From NCBI GenBank assembly GCA_951406725.2, contig OX597814.1, forward strand, positions 51,088,001 through 51,152,000: DNA of 64,000 bases, given 5' to 3'. A program made the translations under genes and the position numbers. The first letter of the stretch is position 1. Each line of letters starts with the position of its first letter. Below are positions 1 to 12,700 of this stretch, one piece after another. Below the pieces are notes generated by a model. The model ran no database searches. It was not told the DNA's origin and worked only from the letters and a program-made list of their open reading frames with translations. Source of the stretch: Octopus vulgaris (Eukaryota).

Positions 1-759
1 TTGTTTGACATGGCAATGATTTTGCCCACTTTCCATATTAAGTAATATTAATACTAAAATTACTTTAAAAGCAGGTTTTCTAAATTATGTTCTAACACCA
101 GCATTTTCTACAGACTACAATACTTTTAACATTCTTTTACATTCTATAAATAACTTTTGTATGTTATGCAAGAAAGGAAATCATTTCATCCCTTAAAATT
201 GGTATAAACTTTAGATTTCATTCATTTAATATTATTACCATATTTTTCCAACAAACAGATTAAACAAGCTTACTTTTTCCATCTCATCCTAATCTCCACT
301 GACTTCATCCATCAAACAACTGATGAATCTAGTTACATTCAGTTTACTAGTAAGAAACCAAAGGTAGTGGATGCGAGTGCTGTAAGTGATGTAACAAGCA
401 ATTATGCACACTCTACCCTCCAGAACTGATTCCTCTTTTTTGTGTTCATCATCATCTTTAATGTAATGTGTGTGTGTGTGTGTGCGTGCATGTGTGTGTG
501 CATGTGTGCATGTATGTGTACGTTCATGTGCGTTTATAGAGTGCATCTGTATAGTGTGGGGAAGAAAGCATATATTGTGGTTAAGAGAACTCAGAGAAAT
601 GAGTTACTGATTTGAGCATTCATTCAGTTCAGTAGTTTCACCTGTGAGATCAGATGAATTAAGAGTTCTGATGGTGCTTGTTGATCACTTACAACAGTAG
701 AAGTTGTAAGTAATCCAAGCTATTGGCAGAGCTGTATCAATAGGCAACTCAGCATACTT

Positions 760-2030
760 AGTTTTAAGTCTACGATCACTGGGTATAGATGCCAATTCCT
801 CTTCTTCACATATTTTCAAACCAATATTAGATGGAATTTTCATGAAGGGATTTCAAACCCAATCATACTCTTCTGTATTCAATGACAGAAAAAAAAGTTC
901 ATTTTTCCTTCCAGATTTGTCAAATGTTCAAATACAATAGGTGTTATTTCTTTTATGTATTAAGGGAAACATTTCATAGTTACTACCTTCAGCTCTATTT
1001 TGCCAAATTACAACTTTCTTCTTAAATGAAACCAGCTTATCTGTTGAATGTTTTCATTTCTACTTTGCATACTTGTGTTGACACTATTAAGTTGTGCAAA
1101 TATCTCTGTTAAATATTCCAGCTTGGAAAACCAAAATTCACATTGTAGACCTTCCAAAAAGCAGTCATGTTTTTCTTCTTTAAAAAATGCATGCAATTCC
1201 TTCTGAAGTCCATGTATGTGACATAGCACCTTACCTTTTGAGAGCCATCTGACTTTTGTGTGTAAAAGTAAGTGCTTGTACTGGGAATCCATATCAACAC
1301 AAATTTGTTCAAATAAGCAACACTTCAACGGCCTACTTTTAATATAATTAACCATTTCAACAACTTCGTTTAATACTTGCTTTAACTCAACTGGTACTGT
1401 TTCTGAAACTAGTACCTCCCAATGTATAAAGCAATGAGTAAGTATAACATTAGGATTTTGCTGTTGTATGAGAGATACAAAACCTTTAATAGAGCCATAG
1501 TTGGTGCCTCATTGGTACATATTCCAACATATGAATTCCAGGATAAATTCCATTTTCCGAGGTAGGCAGATAAAATGTCAAAAATATCTTGACTTCTTGT
1601 AGTGAGTGACATTTCTTGGCAACAAAAGAACTGATTTATGGTTTGGTTACCATCAATAAAGCGAATAACTCTAAGTAATTGTACTTTGTCACTAATGTCA
1701 GTTGATTTGTCAACTGGTAGAGCAAATTCTGAGTTCTGAAATTAGTTCTGTACATTTTCCTCTATATCAGCAGATAAATCCATAATTCTCCTATGGATTG
1801 TATTATTTGAGAGCAGAATCTTGCTTATATCTTACTCGGCTTCATCACCTAACATGGTTTTAATCATCTTTCTACAAGAAGGCAAGATAATTGACTTGGC
1901 TAAAGTATGCGATTTCGTTTGTAGTGCAATCATTTTGGCTATCTCAATAGACATGACTTGTGCCTTTTCAGAAGCATTCACCCTTTTTTTTTTCAAAATA
2001 GTTTAGATGGTCATTCTGTTTTTATTGTGC
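760..2030 (-). mobile_element. Degenerate hAT (Charlie/Buster, ZBED5/FAM200-like) transposase remnant
   Basis: Minus-strand ORF fragments 'VNYIKSRPLK..LF...C.DMDS...LLLHT.VRWLSKGKVL' and 'GICT.EAPTM', with upstream ALP/QVDKSTD-like and 'LSNNTIHRRI' motifs typical of Buster-type hAT transposases. Many stops and frameshifts. Confidence 0.85.
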
Positions 2031-3071
2031 CCTTATTTATCTTAAGACCTCAACATATTGTCCTCATTTTAAAACTTGGCTTGGTTTTAAGAGAACTTTG
2101 GCTGCTATATTGGTCAGTTAATCATCAATGATAAAAGTTCCCTTGCTGGTTTCAGATGGGAAAGTCAGAGAAAGAAGAAAACAAACCAGTGAGAGAGGAA
2201 TAGAGAAACAGAGGAATAATGAATGAGAAACAAAGAAGAAGAGAAACTGTGATTATTTTGTTGTGACCATTTCTTGATAGTAATATATAAAATGTCCTGA
2301 AATATTTTAGGGGGTTGTTATTGGAGGATTTATCAAATTTACCAACAAGCAATGTGGTTGATTACTCCAAATTAGCTCTGATTAAATAAACCTATGATCA
2401 AAAACCATGATTGTCCCATCTACTATTCTGATATAGTATATCTAGGAATTACATTGTCCACTGTGTCCTTCTCCAAGGTAGCTGGGTGTGATTTGAGGGA
2501 TACTTAAATGTTGTTTCTAGCAGGTCAAGCAACCATCTACGTACCATCTGGCTAGCTCACATTTGAATGTGTTGAATTAGATGGTATGTCCAAGAATAAG
2601 GTGTAGTCATAGGAATTAATTACTCATCATCATCATAATATATTGAGTACTCAACAGTAGATTTTTGTGAATGAATTTTCATTCCAACCTTTGATCCACA
2701 GATGTGTTGTTTCTTCACTCTGCTTTTTTTCACTGATACTAATGTGGCCCTACTTCTTGAAATTGACCAGTCACAGGCTATCTAGGTTCCATATAAGCAC
2801 ATCTGTCTCTCTTCCTTTTATCACTCATATTGAGTCTACTACATCCAAGATCCTACACTAACCATTATCACTATTCATTCTTTCCCAGAATGTCATCCAT
2901 TTGGAACTCCTTCTCTACCCATATTTTCCTTAAAGTTGTTTAAGAACATTCACCAAGCTCAGAGGGCAAAGGTTGTATACACAGGCTCTTCCTCCAAACC
3001 TAATCATTTAATCCCCCCCAAAAAAAGTATTTAATTCATACTAAAGGAAAAACAAAAAAAAAATAACTTAC

Positions 3072-3111
3072 CAGTTAGCAAAGTTGGAACACTGTAACTG
3101 GACATATCATT
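3072..3111 (-). CDS. Candidate IRF micro-exon (40 nt, NDMSSYSVPTLLT)
   Basis: Flanked by tctgcAG and GTAAGT. Open in phase 0, matching the end phase of the 3957-3991 candidate exon. Confidence 0.5.
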
Positions 3112-3956
3112 CTGCAGATATAATATTTAGGCATTACTATCAACACAAGAATAATAAACTACAATAATGGAATTTACTTTTTTCAGAATATTTAACAGTA
3201 TCAAATTCCACTTGCCATACAGTGTGATAAAATATTTTATGTATATATAGTTTCAGTAGTTTTATAGATGATTAAACATACAAAATAAATGTACACTCAA
3301 GTTTATAAAATAAGATATTAACATTCTGTTCAGTTCAGAAAAGACCTTGAAAATACAATACTATACTTTAATGGTGAATCTGACTGTTCTATAACTAGCC
3401 AATCATAAATGATGCATTTTTAACAAATGAATAGTTATAATTAAATGTAAAAATATGAATCAATTTTACAATTTAATATAAATATACAATAATAGCATTT
3501 TATGATAATGCTTAGGCATGATGATACTAAAAGCCAGTTTTTGTAATTTATATATACTTACACATACACATTTTTTTGCTGTATATATGTACAGAATGGT
3601 AACCAACCATATAAATGTAAACATATACAGTTTTTGGGAGTATTTTTATCTTTTTCTCAGGTGTAAAATTATGGTCAATGTGAAATAAGGAAGCATGTAC
3701 ATGAAGCTTTAAAGGAGTTGTTAAATGCCTCTGCAAGATACAGGGATTCATAAAACCAATTCTTGGCTTTAAAATTTATAATGGGATGCAGACAGAAGGT
3801 ACATTTTCTTTTGCATATAACACCAACCAATCTTGGGTAACACTTCCAAAATATCTGGTGCATCTATATTAGGTGATTTCAGATAAGTAAAACTGACTGC
3901 ACTACCTCCACCCCACACTACACCACAAAAAATTCCTACTGTAAATATGAATTTAC

Positions 3957-3991
3957 TTGTCTAATATCTTGTCCTCTGATCCAACTTAAGT
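3957..3991 (-). CDS. Candidate IRF micro-exon (35 nt, DLSWIRGQDIRQ)
   Basis: ttattaatAG acceptor and GTAAAT donor. Enters in phase 1 (matching the 5184 donor) and exits in phase 0 with no stop. Confidence 0.45.
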
Positions 3992-5183
3992 CTATTAATA
4001 ATAACAATACTTAGGAAAAAAGTATTCACACCTATATCATGAGTAGTTAATAGTAACGGAAGCATCTATCTGACTGCAAAAATCAATTATTCCAACAAAA
4101 ACCAATTTAACTTATGCTAGTGTGGAAAATTTGTGTAAAAAAGCAAAATTTTCAGAAAATTGTAATATATATATAATCCACAAATGTTTCAATGAAATCC
4201 TTGAATAATACAGAAGAAATGTTCCCTTCTAACTGTAGTTGAGTACAGGTAAGTTACAGGTGAAAAGAAGGTCAGGACATTAATGCTTAGTGTTTATTTT
4301 TGCATCTTACATACCAACAAAGTGACCAAACAAAATCAGAAAATAGATATTTAATAACTAATTTGATATCATATATTTCTGAATTCCAATCCCACTAAGA
4401 TAGCTTTTACATTTTTATCTCTTTGGAATTGGTACGTACAAATAAATTATTGTATTAAAGTGAAATGTCTTCATTAATTAATGAATTATATTTTGCAAGT
4501 CAGTATCACAAATGAAGTAAAAAACAATATTTGATTTTATATACAAGAAAGATTATCAAAACATTTGAAGAACTCACATTATTGACATTCATATCCTGAA
4601 AACATCCTTGTGGCTGCATATAGGGCTTATAATCTACAAAAATTGAAAAACATAAACAAGTAAATAAAAGCACATACATTTCCATTTAAATAATCATATA
4701 AATGAAAGTAACATAAACAACAATGTTATTTTTGTAAGAGGAGAGAGCATATATAATTTAATATGATGATTATTTTACCAAAAACAGGGAATTGGAATGA
4801 AAGAAACAACTATAGATGGATTGAATAATGATACTCAGAATAATTATGTCAACAATTATATGTGATATATCATAGTTAATGAATTAACTAGCTCTATTAA
4901 CCATTTACCTTTACATCTTACACCCTCCTAATAATGTTGGGACACAAACAAAAAACACATACACACACACACCACACACAACAGGCTTCCACACAGTTTC
5001 CATCTACCAAACTAATTCACAAGGCATTAGTTGGCCCAGGGCCATAGTAAAGAAAACTCTTGTCATGCAATGGGACAGAATTCAAAACCACAGGGTTGCA
5101 AAACAACCTTTATAACCAAACAGCCATGCCTACACACACACACACACACATATAGTTTGTTAACAGTAATATAAAAAAAGTAC

Positions 5184-5352
5184 CTTTTATTTGGAAAACA
5201 CGATAGGGACAGTTATTGTTTTTGTTTGAATACTCTTCTTTCTTTTCTTCTATATTTGACTGTTTATTCAGAGCATTTCGAAACAAAGACTTCCAATATG
5301 GATACTTAGTAGTTTCACCTTCTGTATATCGACTTGTATGTTTTGCCCAGTC
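5184..5352 (-). CDS. IRF: IRF transcription factor, coding exon 2 (C-terminal half of the IRF DNA-binding domain)
   Basis: ttttcttgacAG|...|GTAC. Translates DWAKHTSRYTEGETTKYPYWKSLFRNALNKQSNIEEKKEEYSNKNNNCPYRVFQIK, matching the IRF WA.HT..Y / WK..FR.ALN / PYRV motifs. In frame with the 8370 exon. Confidence 0.92.
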
Positions 5353-5682
5353 CTGTCAAGAAAACATATTTGTTTATAATGATATAAACAGTATTAAAAC
5401 AATAATCAGTAGTACACAGGTCAATGACAAGAACAAGATAGTACCAAACAAAATGCTTTACATTAGAAAATAACTATTTTTAAATCTCACAACAAGAGAT
5501 ATTCAGCAACAGTACTTTAGAGTAAAGACTTTTGCCAACATAACATGGCAGTCCTGGTTTAGGATGAATGTTGCTGTAATTTAGCCCCAAGAGACATAGT
5601 CTCCAACTGTCTATACGACACGATCTGTGTCCTTATATTTTCGAACAAAGGAATTTAGCACCCCCACTCAGCCCAAAACAAT

Positions 5683-5730
5683 ATCTGTGCATCACGATTT
5701 CCAGGTTATTTCCCTTCATCAGCATAGAAT
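5683..5730 (-). ncRNA. Minimal type-I hammerhead ribozyme-like motif (decayed copy)
   Basis: Minus strand reads attctatg-CTGATGA-aggg aaataa cctg-GAAA-tcgtga-TG-cacag. Confidence 0.55.
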
Positions 5731-6150
5731 AATTGTTCAGCTAGAAGTAGCGCTGCCAAATTCCCGTTTGATATATATAGTTTTCAAAGTGACAACTAGT
5801 CACTGATCTATAAATTAGAAAATTACAATTTTTAAATCTCATGAGAGATATTCAGCAACAGTACTTTGGAGTAAAGATTTTTGCCAACATAACTTAGCAG
5901 TCCTGATTTAGAACAAATGTTGCTGTAATTTAGCTCCAGGGAACATCGTCTACAGCAACATTCATCCTAAATGAGGAATGCCATGTTATGTTGGCAAAAA
6001 TCTTTACTCCAAAGTACAGTTGCTGAATATCTCTTGTTGTAAGATTTAAAAATAGTAATTTTCTAATTTATAGATCAGTGACAAGCTGTCACTTTGAAAA
6101 CTATATATATCAAACAGGAATTTGGCAGCGCCACCTCTAGCCGAACAATT

Positions 6151-6198
6151 ATTCTGTGCTGATGAAGGGAAATAACCCGGAAATTGCGATACACAAAT
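6151..6198 (+). ncRNA. Minimal type-I hammerhead ribozyme-like motif
   Basis: attctgtg-CTGATGA-aGGGaaataaCCCg-GAAA-ttgcga-TA-cacaaat: stem I tgtg/caca, stem II GGG/CCC, near-palindromic stem III. Confidence 0.65.
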
Positions 6199-6549
6199 AT
6201 TGTTTTAGGCTGAGTGGGGGTGCTAGATTCCCTTGTTCGAAAATATAAGGACACAGATCATGTTGTATAGCCAGTTGGAGACAATGTCCCCTGGGGCTAA
6301 ATTACAGCAACATTCGTCCTAAACCAGGACTGCCATGTTATGTTGGCCAAATTCTTTACTCCAAAATGCTTTACATTGTTTAGTGACATCCTTTTTACTT
6401 TCTATAAGTTCAAATTTTAAAAGGTTTCAATTAAAAAAAATCTATCAGTTTGGTCTAACATGAATAAGAGCAAAACATATGACATTATTTTTTAAATTTA
6501 CCTTTCCCCAGACTAGAATCAATAAAACATCAATCATGAACTGGTAATC

Positions 6550-6551
<2 letters not shown>

Positions 6552-6600
<49 letters not shown>
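6552..6600. repeat. (TA)n microsatellite
   Basis: Pure TA run. Confidence 0.95.
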
Positions 6601-6602
<2 letters not shown>

Positions 6603-7740
6603 AAAATAAGACAATGTAGAAAATGCTAAAATAATTTAATCATGAAGTACATTTTAGTACTGGTTTCTGTCTTTTAGACTTTTTCAACTATGTGTAAACT
6701 AAGAAAAGCAATTAAATTGGAGAAGAAAAATTAAGTGAAATGTCTCTCTCTCTCTATTCTTTTGTCAATGCCTTGTAGGTGGGTTGTAGTAAATCTGAAG
6801 GAATAGTTTGGGTACAGAGAATTGATGATTTAACATAAGAACAATGTTAAACCTATACAGAGTAGGGCTCACCAACAAGGAATACGACTATATGACTAAC
6901 GCCAATAGTAAATCCAGTCAATCCTATGGTACTCCTAAGATACACAAAAGTGAAAAAATAAGTAATGTATGCAGAGGAGCCACAGGCATAATAGTCAAGG
7001 TACCTGCTCCTTATGACCTCAAATTAAGACCCATAATCACAGGCCCTGCATGAGACACTCACTGCCTCAGTAACTTTTTAGACACCCTCTTAAAACTATT
7101 CCCCAAGCATATCAAAAGCTACATAAGGGACAACCTAGATATACTCAATCACCTCCTTGAAACAATAAATAAAATCACCCTGCTAGTATCCTTTGATGTA
7201 GTCCACCCCTATTCCAATATCCCAGAGCCTAGGAACAGAGGCAATCCAATTCTGACTAGATAGTTACTCCAATGAACTCACACACAGCATCAACAAGGAA
7301 TTCGTAATAGAAGAGCTAAAACTCACATTGGAGAATAACTTCTTCGCATTTAATGACAACTGTTATCAACAGTAATTGGGGACACAAATGGCCCCCTCCT
7401 TTGCTAACCTAGTCATGGTAGGTATGTACAAAGAAATCAATCTCCCATTCTCCCTGTACATAGAAAATAATTGGAAAAGACATCTATATGACTGTTTCCT
7501 TCTTTGGCACAAAAGTATAGAGAGACTTAAAGAATTTCAAGCACTTCTGAATGGACTTGAAATAAACATTCAATTTATGATGGAATATAGCCACCAACTT
7601 CCATTCCTCGACATCCTCATTAAGAAATCCAACAACAAAATAGAAACAGACATCTACTATAAGCAATAGCTGCCATTCAACTCTTGCCACTCCAGACACA
7701 CTAGAATGAATATCTCTTACAACTTGGCAAAAGGATTTGT
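6601..7740 (+). mobile_element. Degenerate Penelope-like retroelement (RT fragment) with probable inverted pseudo-LTR fragment at its 5' end
   Basis: PLE RT motifs YGTPKIHK, LRPIITGP, SFDVV..YSNIP, GTQMAPSFANL, WKRHLYDCF (YxDD-equivalent), LPFLDILI and TDIYYK. Antisense hammerhead-like motif at ~6655-6690. Confidence 0.85.
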
Positions 7741-8369
7741 ACACACACACATGCATGCGCGCGCGCACACACAGAGAGGCTTTTTTCAGTTTTTCTTCCA
7801 TGAATTCCATTTGCAAGGCTTTGGTCAGCCCAGGGTTATAATAGAAGACACTTGTCCAAGGTGCAACAGTAGGACTGAAGCTAAAACTATGTGGTATGTG
7901 GTTCAGAAGCAAACTGCTGAACCACACAACAATTCCTACATATATATATGTATATGCATTCATTTAAAACTAAAACATCACTGATACATCAAGGAGTGTC
8001 CTCTCCATTCTGTGGAGGTATATACAGATTTTGAATTATCAACAGACATACAAATTGCAATTTTGCCTACCTTAATTAGTCAGTTAGATTGTCAAATGTA
8101 TTCTTTTGTAGAACAGTATCTGCTGCTATAATGTAAGTATGAAATGAAAATATGTAAATAGTTTATGTAAAAGTAGGTGTTTGCTGCATCCAGGATCATT
8201 TAAAAGGGGATTAGCCTTGAGTTGTTTCTACTGGGTTCATAACACGCAAGTTCATGTACATTCATTTCAAATGCAAAGATTAAAGGGAAGGTGCAAAGTA
8301 CAAATTTTCCATTGAATATCAGACTATTAATATAAACAAGCTTTCAAAATAAATTTTGTTACAAATTAC

Positions 8370-8534
8370 CTTAAAAATTTGAAAATCATCCTCATTGCTC
8401 TGAGTAGCTGTATTCCGCTTCCAGAGAATTTTGAAAGTTCCTTCATTTTTATTAATCCATTCTACACCTTGAACAGTTCCACTGTCAAGTTTCTTCTCAA
8501 GCCAAGGTTGTAACTTTTCCCTCCCTTTTGACAT
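8370..8534 (-). CDS. IRF: IRF transcription factor, coding exon 1 (N-terminal half of the DNA-binding domain); exon acceptor at 8553/8552
   Basis: MSKGREKLQPWLEKKLDSGTVQGVEWINKNEGTFKILWKRNTATQSNEDDFQIFK carries the first three IRF tryptophans. Donor AAG|GTAATT; poly-T-CCAG acceptor 18 nt upstream of the ATG. Confidence 0.93.
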
Positions 8535-8754
8535 TCTTTATTCTTTAGTACTCTGGAAAAAAAAAAAAAACATTCGTTTTTGTAGGTTAATTTCTCTCAT
8601 AAAATGTCAAGAGATTTGAATCACTATTTTTCCAAAACAATAAGGAATATGTTTATCCAAATTTACTAAAGTATCCATATAAATATTAGTTTCAAATTTT
8701 AGCACAAGGCCAACAATTTCAGAGAGGGGGTAAATTGATTACATGAACCTCAGT

Positions 8755-8957
8755 GCTCTTTTATTTGTTTCAGTCATTTGACTGCGGCCATGCTGGAGCA
8801 CCGCCTTTAGTCGAGCAGATCGACCCCGGGACTTATTTTTTTGTAAGCCCAGTACTTATTCTATCGGTCTCTTTTGCCGAACCGCTAAGTGACGGGGACA
8901 TAAACACACCAGCATCGGTTGTCAAGCAATGCTAGGGGGACAAACACAGACACACAA

Positions 8958-9055
<98 letters not shown>

Positions 9056-9442
9056 TTATAAAATTAGATAGGGGTTGTAAATTCAACCCTCCATGGGATA
9101 ACATATATCCAATATACTGCTAGAGAAGTACCCAACAAAACTAATACATAAATGTTAAAAATTGCGATGCAATTAATTCATCTACTGTATTATGTGGGCA
9201 AGGGTAAAATTATTACCGTAAATTGATAATACAAAATGAGAAAATGGAGCTCATTTTGTATATATATATATATACATATATACGACAGACTTCTTTCAGT
9301 TTCCGTCTACCAAATCCACTCACAAGGCATTGGTCGGCCCGGGGCTATAGCAGAAGACACTTGCCCAAGATGCCATGCAGGGGGACTGAACCCAGAACCA
9401 TGTGGTTGGTTAGCAAGCTACTTACCACACAGCCACTCCTGC
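8755..9442 (-). mobile_element. tRNA-derived SINE, interrupted in its central CA/TA microsatellite
   Basis: Reverse complement of the SINE at 49227-49620. A-box TGGCTGTGTGG and B-box GGTTCAGTCCC at the right end. Confidence 0.85.
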
Positions 9443-9795
9443 TAACACTTCTTTCAGCTCATCACATTAGTATCCATAAAAATATTGACAAATTTTTCAC
9501 ACTGTTAACCTTATCTATTCAGTTAGCACTGATTTGTCGGCTAGATTTTTAAAGCGGTTTGCTAGTCTTAAAAATGTCTTTGCTAAAAAGTATCAGTATT
9601 AAGAATAACTCAACTCAGAAATGTAAACATATAACCCATAAAAATGTTTGTTTTCTTTTTTTTTTTTGTAAGTATCAAATTTAAATCCAATCTTAACTTT
9701 AATTTTCAGTTTAATTACAATGGAACAAAAAGAGAAAGAAAAAAGAATGGGAAACATATAAAATAAAAGACAAAGAAGATAACAAAAAAGACAAA

Positions 9796-12700
9796 TGGAA
9801 AACTACGACATCCCTTTGCGGGAGATAGACTGGTCCGAGTAAAGTAGAAATAGTAACAATCCGAGTGAGTTTATAAGTTCAGAGTTCGGAATCAAGTGAA
9901 GTTCATGTTAGTTCATAGTGAAGTCGGAAGATGCCAGTTGGTTGCACAAGGAATAATGATTGTTAGTTCATAAAGGGATTTATTAGTTTGTTGCATTGTT
10001 TTTACTGTTGTCTGTTTATCTTATTTATTGTATATAACAAATTATGTTACAACATAAGTTATTCAGCAATTTGTTCATGATACAACTTATTAACTAATGG
10101 AAGACTTATTAGCTTCCATAGTACAGTTGCAAAAGCAACAAGAGCAGCAACAGGAGTTGCAGAGGCAACTATTACAGCAACAACTACAACAAAAATTATT
10201 GAAGTTATATTCAAAGTCCAAAACTGAGGTAAGTTCGTTTTTGCCAGACAGCATTTCAAACTCGATTAATGAATTCAGTTATAACCCCGAGGAGGGTATA
10301 GCTTTTGCATCGCACTACAGAAGGTACAAGGAGACTTTTAAGCAAGATTGCAAATCATGGTTGGACGAACAAAAAGTGAGATTGTTATTGTGAAAATTAG
10401 CTCTGTTAGAGCATGAATGCTACTGTAATTTCATATTGCCCAAAAAACCCAATGAAATTTGTTTTAAAGAAACAATAGAATCACTGTCTAACATATTTGG
10501 TGATATAACCTCTCTATTTAATACTCAAATGGAATGTTGGAATATAAGTAAAAAAGAGAATGATGATCTTATCACATATGTAGGAACAGTCAACAGGATG
10601 TGTGAAAGTTTTAAACTCAAAAAACTTACACCGGAGATTTTCGAGTCTCTTATTTCCATACAAGCCTTACAGCAAGCGAAGATACAGAAATTCGGGCAAG
10701 AATTCTTTCTAAATTGCAACAAGTAAACCAAGATCTAACCTTACAGTCCATGGCAGAAGAATGCCAAAGGATGGTAAACCTGAAACACGATGTAGAAAAA
10801 ATTCAGAAAACGGATTCCTCAAAAATACAGATATGCTGACCGAAAAAGTACAGCCAAAAAACAATGCCATGTTCTAATCCATGTAATGAATGTGGGGGCA
10901 TACGTTTCAGAAAAGACTGTCCATTTAAAAATCAAAAATGCTACAGTTGCAAAAGAATTAGTCACAAGAGTTCACACTGCAAAACAAAATTATGAAGGTC
11001 AAACGTTAATAATGCTAGAGTGCTCTCGGCAGAAAAAAATCAACTCTCAAATAAGAAAATTCGTACACCTAAAAATAAATGGAATACTTATTAAACTTCA
11101 ATTGGATACTGGAAGTGATATTTCAATAATAAATATGGACACATGGAAGAAAATAGGGATACCCATGTTGAGAAAAACAGCAGAATCTGCTTGTAGCATG
11201 ACGGCAACAAATTACATTTCATATACAAAATGTGGACTAACGTTATATTTTGAGAGAAAACATACAAGGTGAAAGTCTTCGTCATTAAAAATAAAACCGA
11301 TCTGTTTGGTACCAATTGGTTAGAATTATTTGATTTATGGTACCTCCCCATAAAACTCTATTGTAAAAACATAAATAGTTGTCCCTCTAAAAATAATTCA
11401 ACTGAAGAGTTGAAGGGAAAATATTAAAAAATTTTTCCACAAGTGCACTTGGACAAACCAGGGCTATGCACAAAAACTGAAGCATGTTTTGAATTAGATG
11501 ATGACATTACACCTGTGTTCAATCCTGATAGGACAGTGTCTTTTGCAGCAATAAAGCAAGTGGATGATGAGTTGGACAGATTGGGAAAAAATGGAATCAT
11601 TGAAAAAGTGGATTATGTGAAATGGGCAGCTCCAATTGTATGTATAAAAAAAAAATAACAAAATTAGGTTGTGTGCCAATTTTTTGACCAGTTTAAATGA
11701 CTGTTTAAAAATGAGCCATTATCCACTACTGACTTCAGAAGCTATTTTTACAAAACTAAACAGAGGAAAATATTTTCAAAATTCGATCTGTCTGATGCAT
11801 GTCTACAAATCAAAGTAGATAAAAAAATGCTCAAAGCTGTTAACAGTCAACATTCACAGTGGTCTATATAAATAAAATAGACTACTTTTGGACTGAAGGT
11901 AGCACCTGCAATATTTCAACAGGTGATGGACGCAATGTTGGCAGAATGTCAGTTTGCTATTCCATACCTTGATGACATGTTAATCAAAAGCAAATCGTGG
12001 AATGAGCATATCAAACACATGAAGGATTATGACTTCACACTCAGGGAAGAGAGGTGTGAATTTTTTTTGCCTAAAATCAAATACCTAGCTCAAATCATAG
12101 ATAAGAGTGGAAGATGTCCTGACCCATCAAGGGCAGATGCAATCAAGAATATGCTGCCTCCAACAAATATACCGGCATTACAAGCTTTCCTTGTCCTAGT
12201 AAATTACTACCAACAGTACATTCCAAATATACATAAATTGAGAGCACCATTAAACAATTTACTAACAAAAGAAGTAAAATGGAATTGGTCAGTAAAGTGC
12301 CAAAACATATTTGAAGACATAAAGAAAATACTAACTTTTGACTTGTCACTAGTGCATTTCAATCCTAGAATGGACTTTGATGTGGTGTTTGATGCTTTAG
12401 AGTATGGAATAGGAACAGTCTTGCTACGCAAGTATAAAGATGGAAATATGAAGCCAGTAATTCATGCTTCATATTTGCTGATAGCAGTGGAAAAAAGTAT
12501 AGTCAGATAGAGGAGGCTCTGTCAATTATTTTTGTGGTAAAAAAATTTCCCTAATTTCTACATGGTAGAAGTTTTTTGTTACAAACCGACCATCAGCCAT
12601 TACTATCAATTTTTGGATCCAAGGAGGGATTGCCTACCCATATAGCAACCTGACTACCATGCTGGGGTGCAATATTGCTGAACTACAATTTTAAGATGAA

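Larger units (their letters stand above)
5465..6361. mobile_element. Non-autonomous Penelope-type/retrozyme-like element: 352-bp unit in tandem+inverted arrangement with 16-bp TSD
   Basis: Unit restarts at 5462/5814 and, inverted, at 5951/6303. Direct repeat CAAAATGCTTTACATT at 5449-5464 and 6362-6377. One hammerhead-like motif per arm. Confidence 0.75.

Noticed and set aside
289-546. Minus-strand ORF / possible next IRF exon ending at a GTAAGC donor near 272
   Set aside because: The ORF derives largely from a CA microsatellite. Each acceptor tried gives a stop in the required phase.
3661-3798. Plus-strand AG...GT-bounded exon-like segment
   Set aside because: Stops in all three frames and no partner exons.
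8922-9123. ORFs rich in HT/YI/VC repeats (also at ~24.5, 28.0 and 43.6 kb)
   Set aside because: Translations of CA/TA/GA microsatellites.
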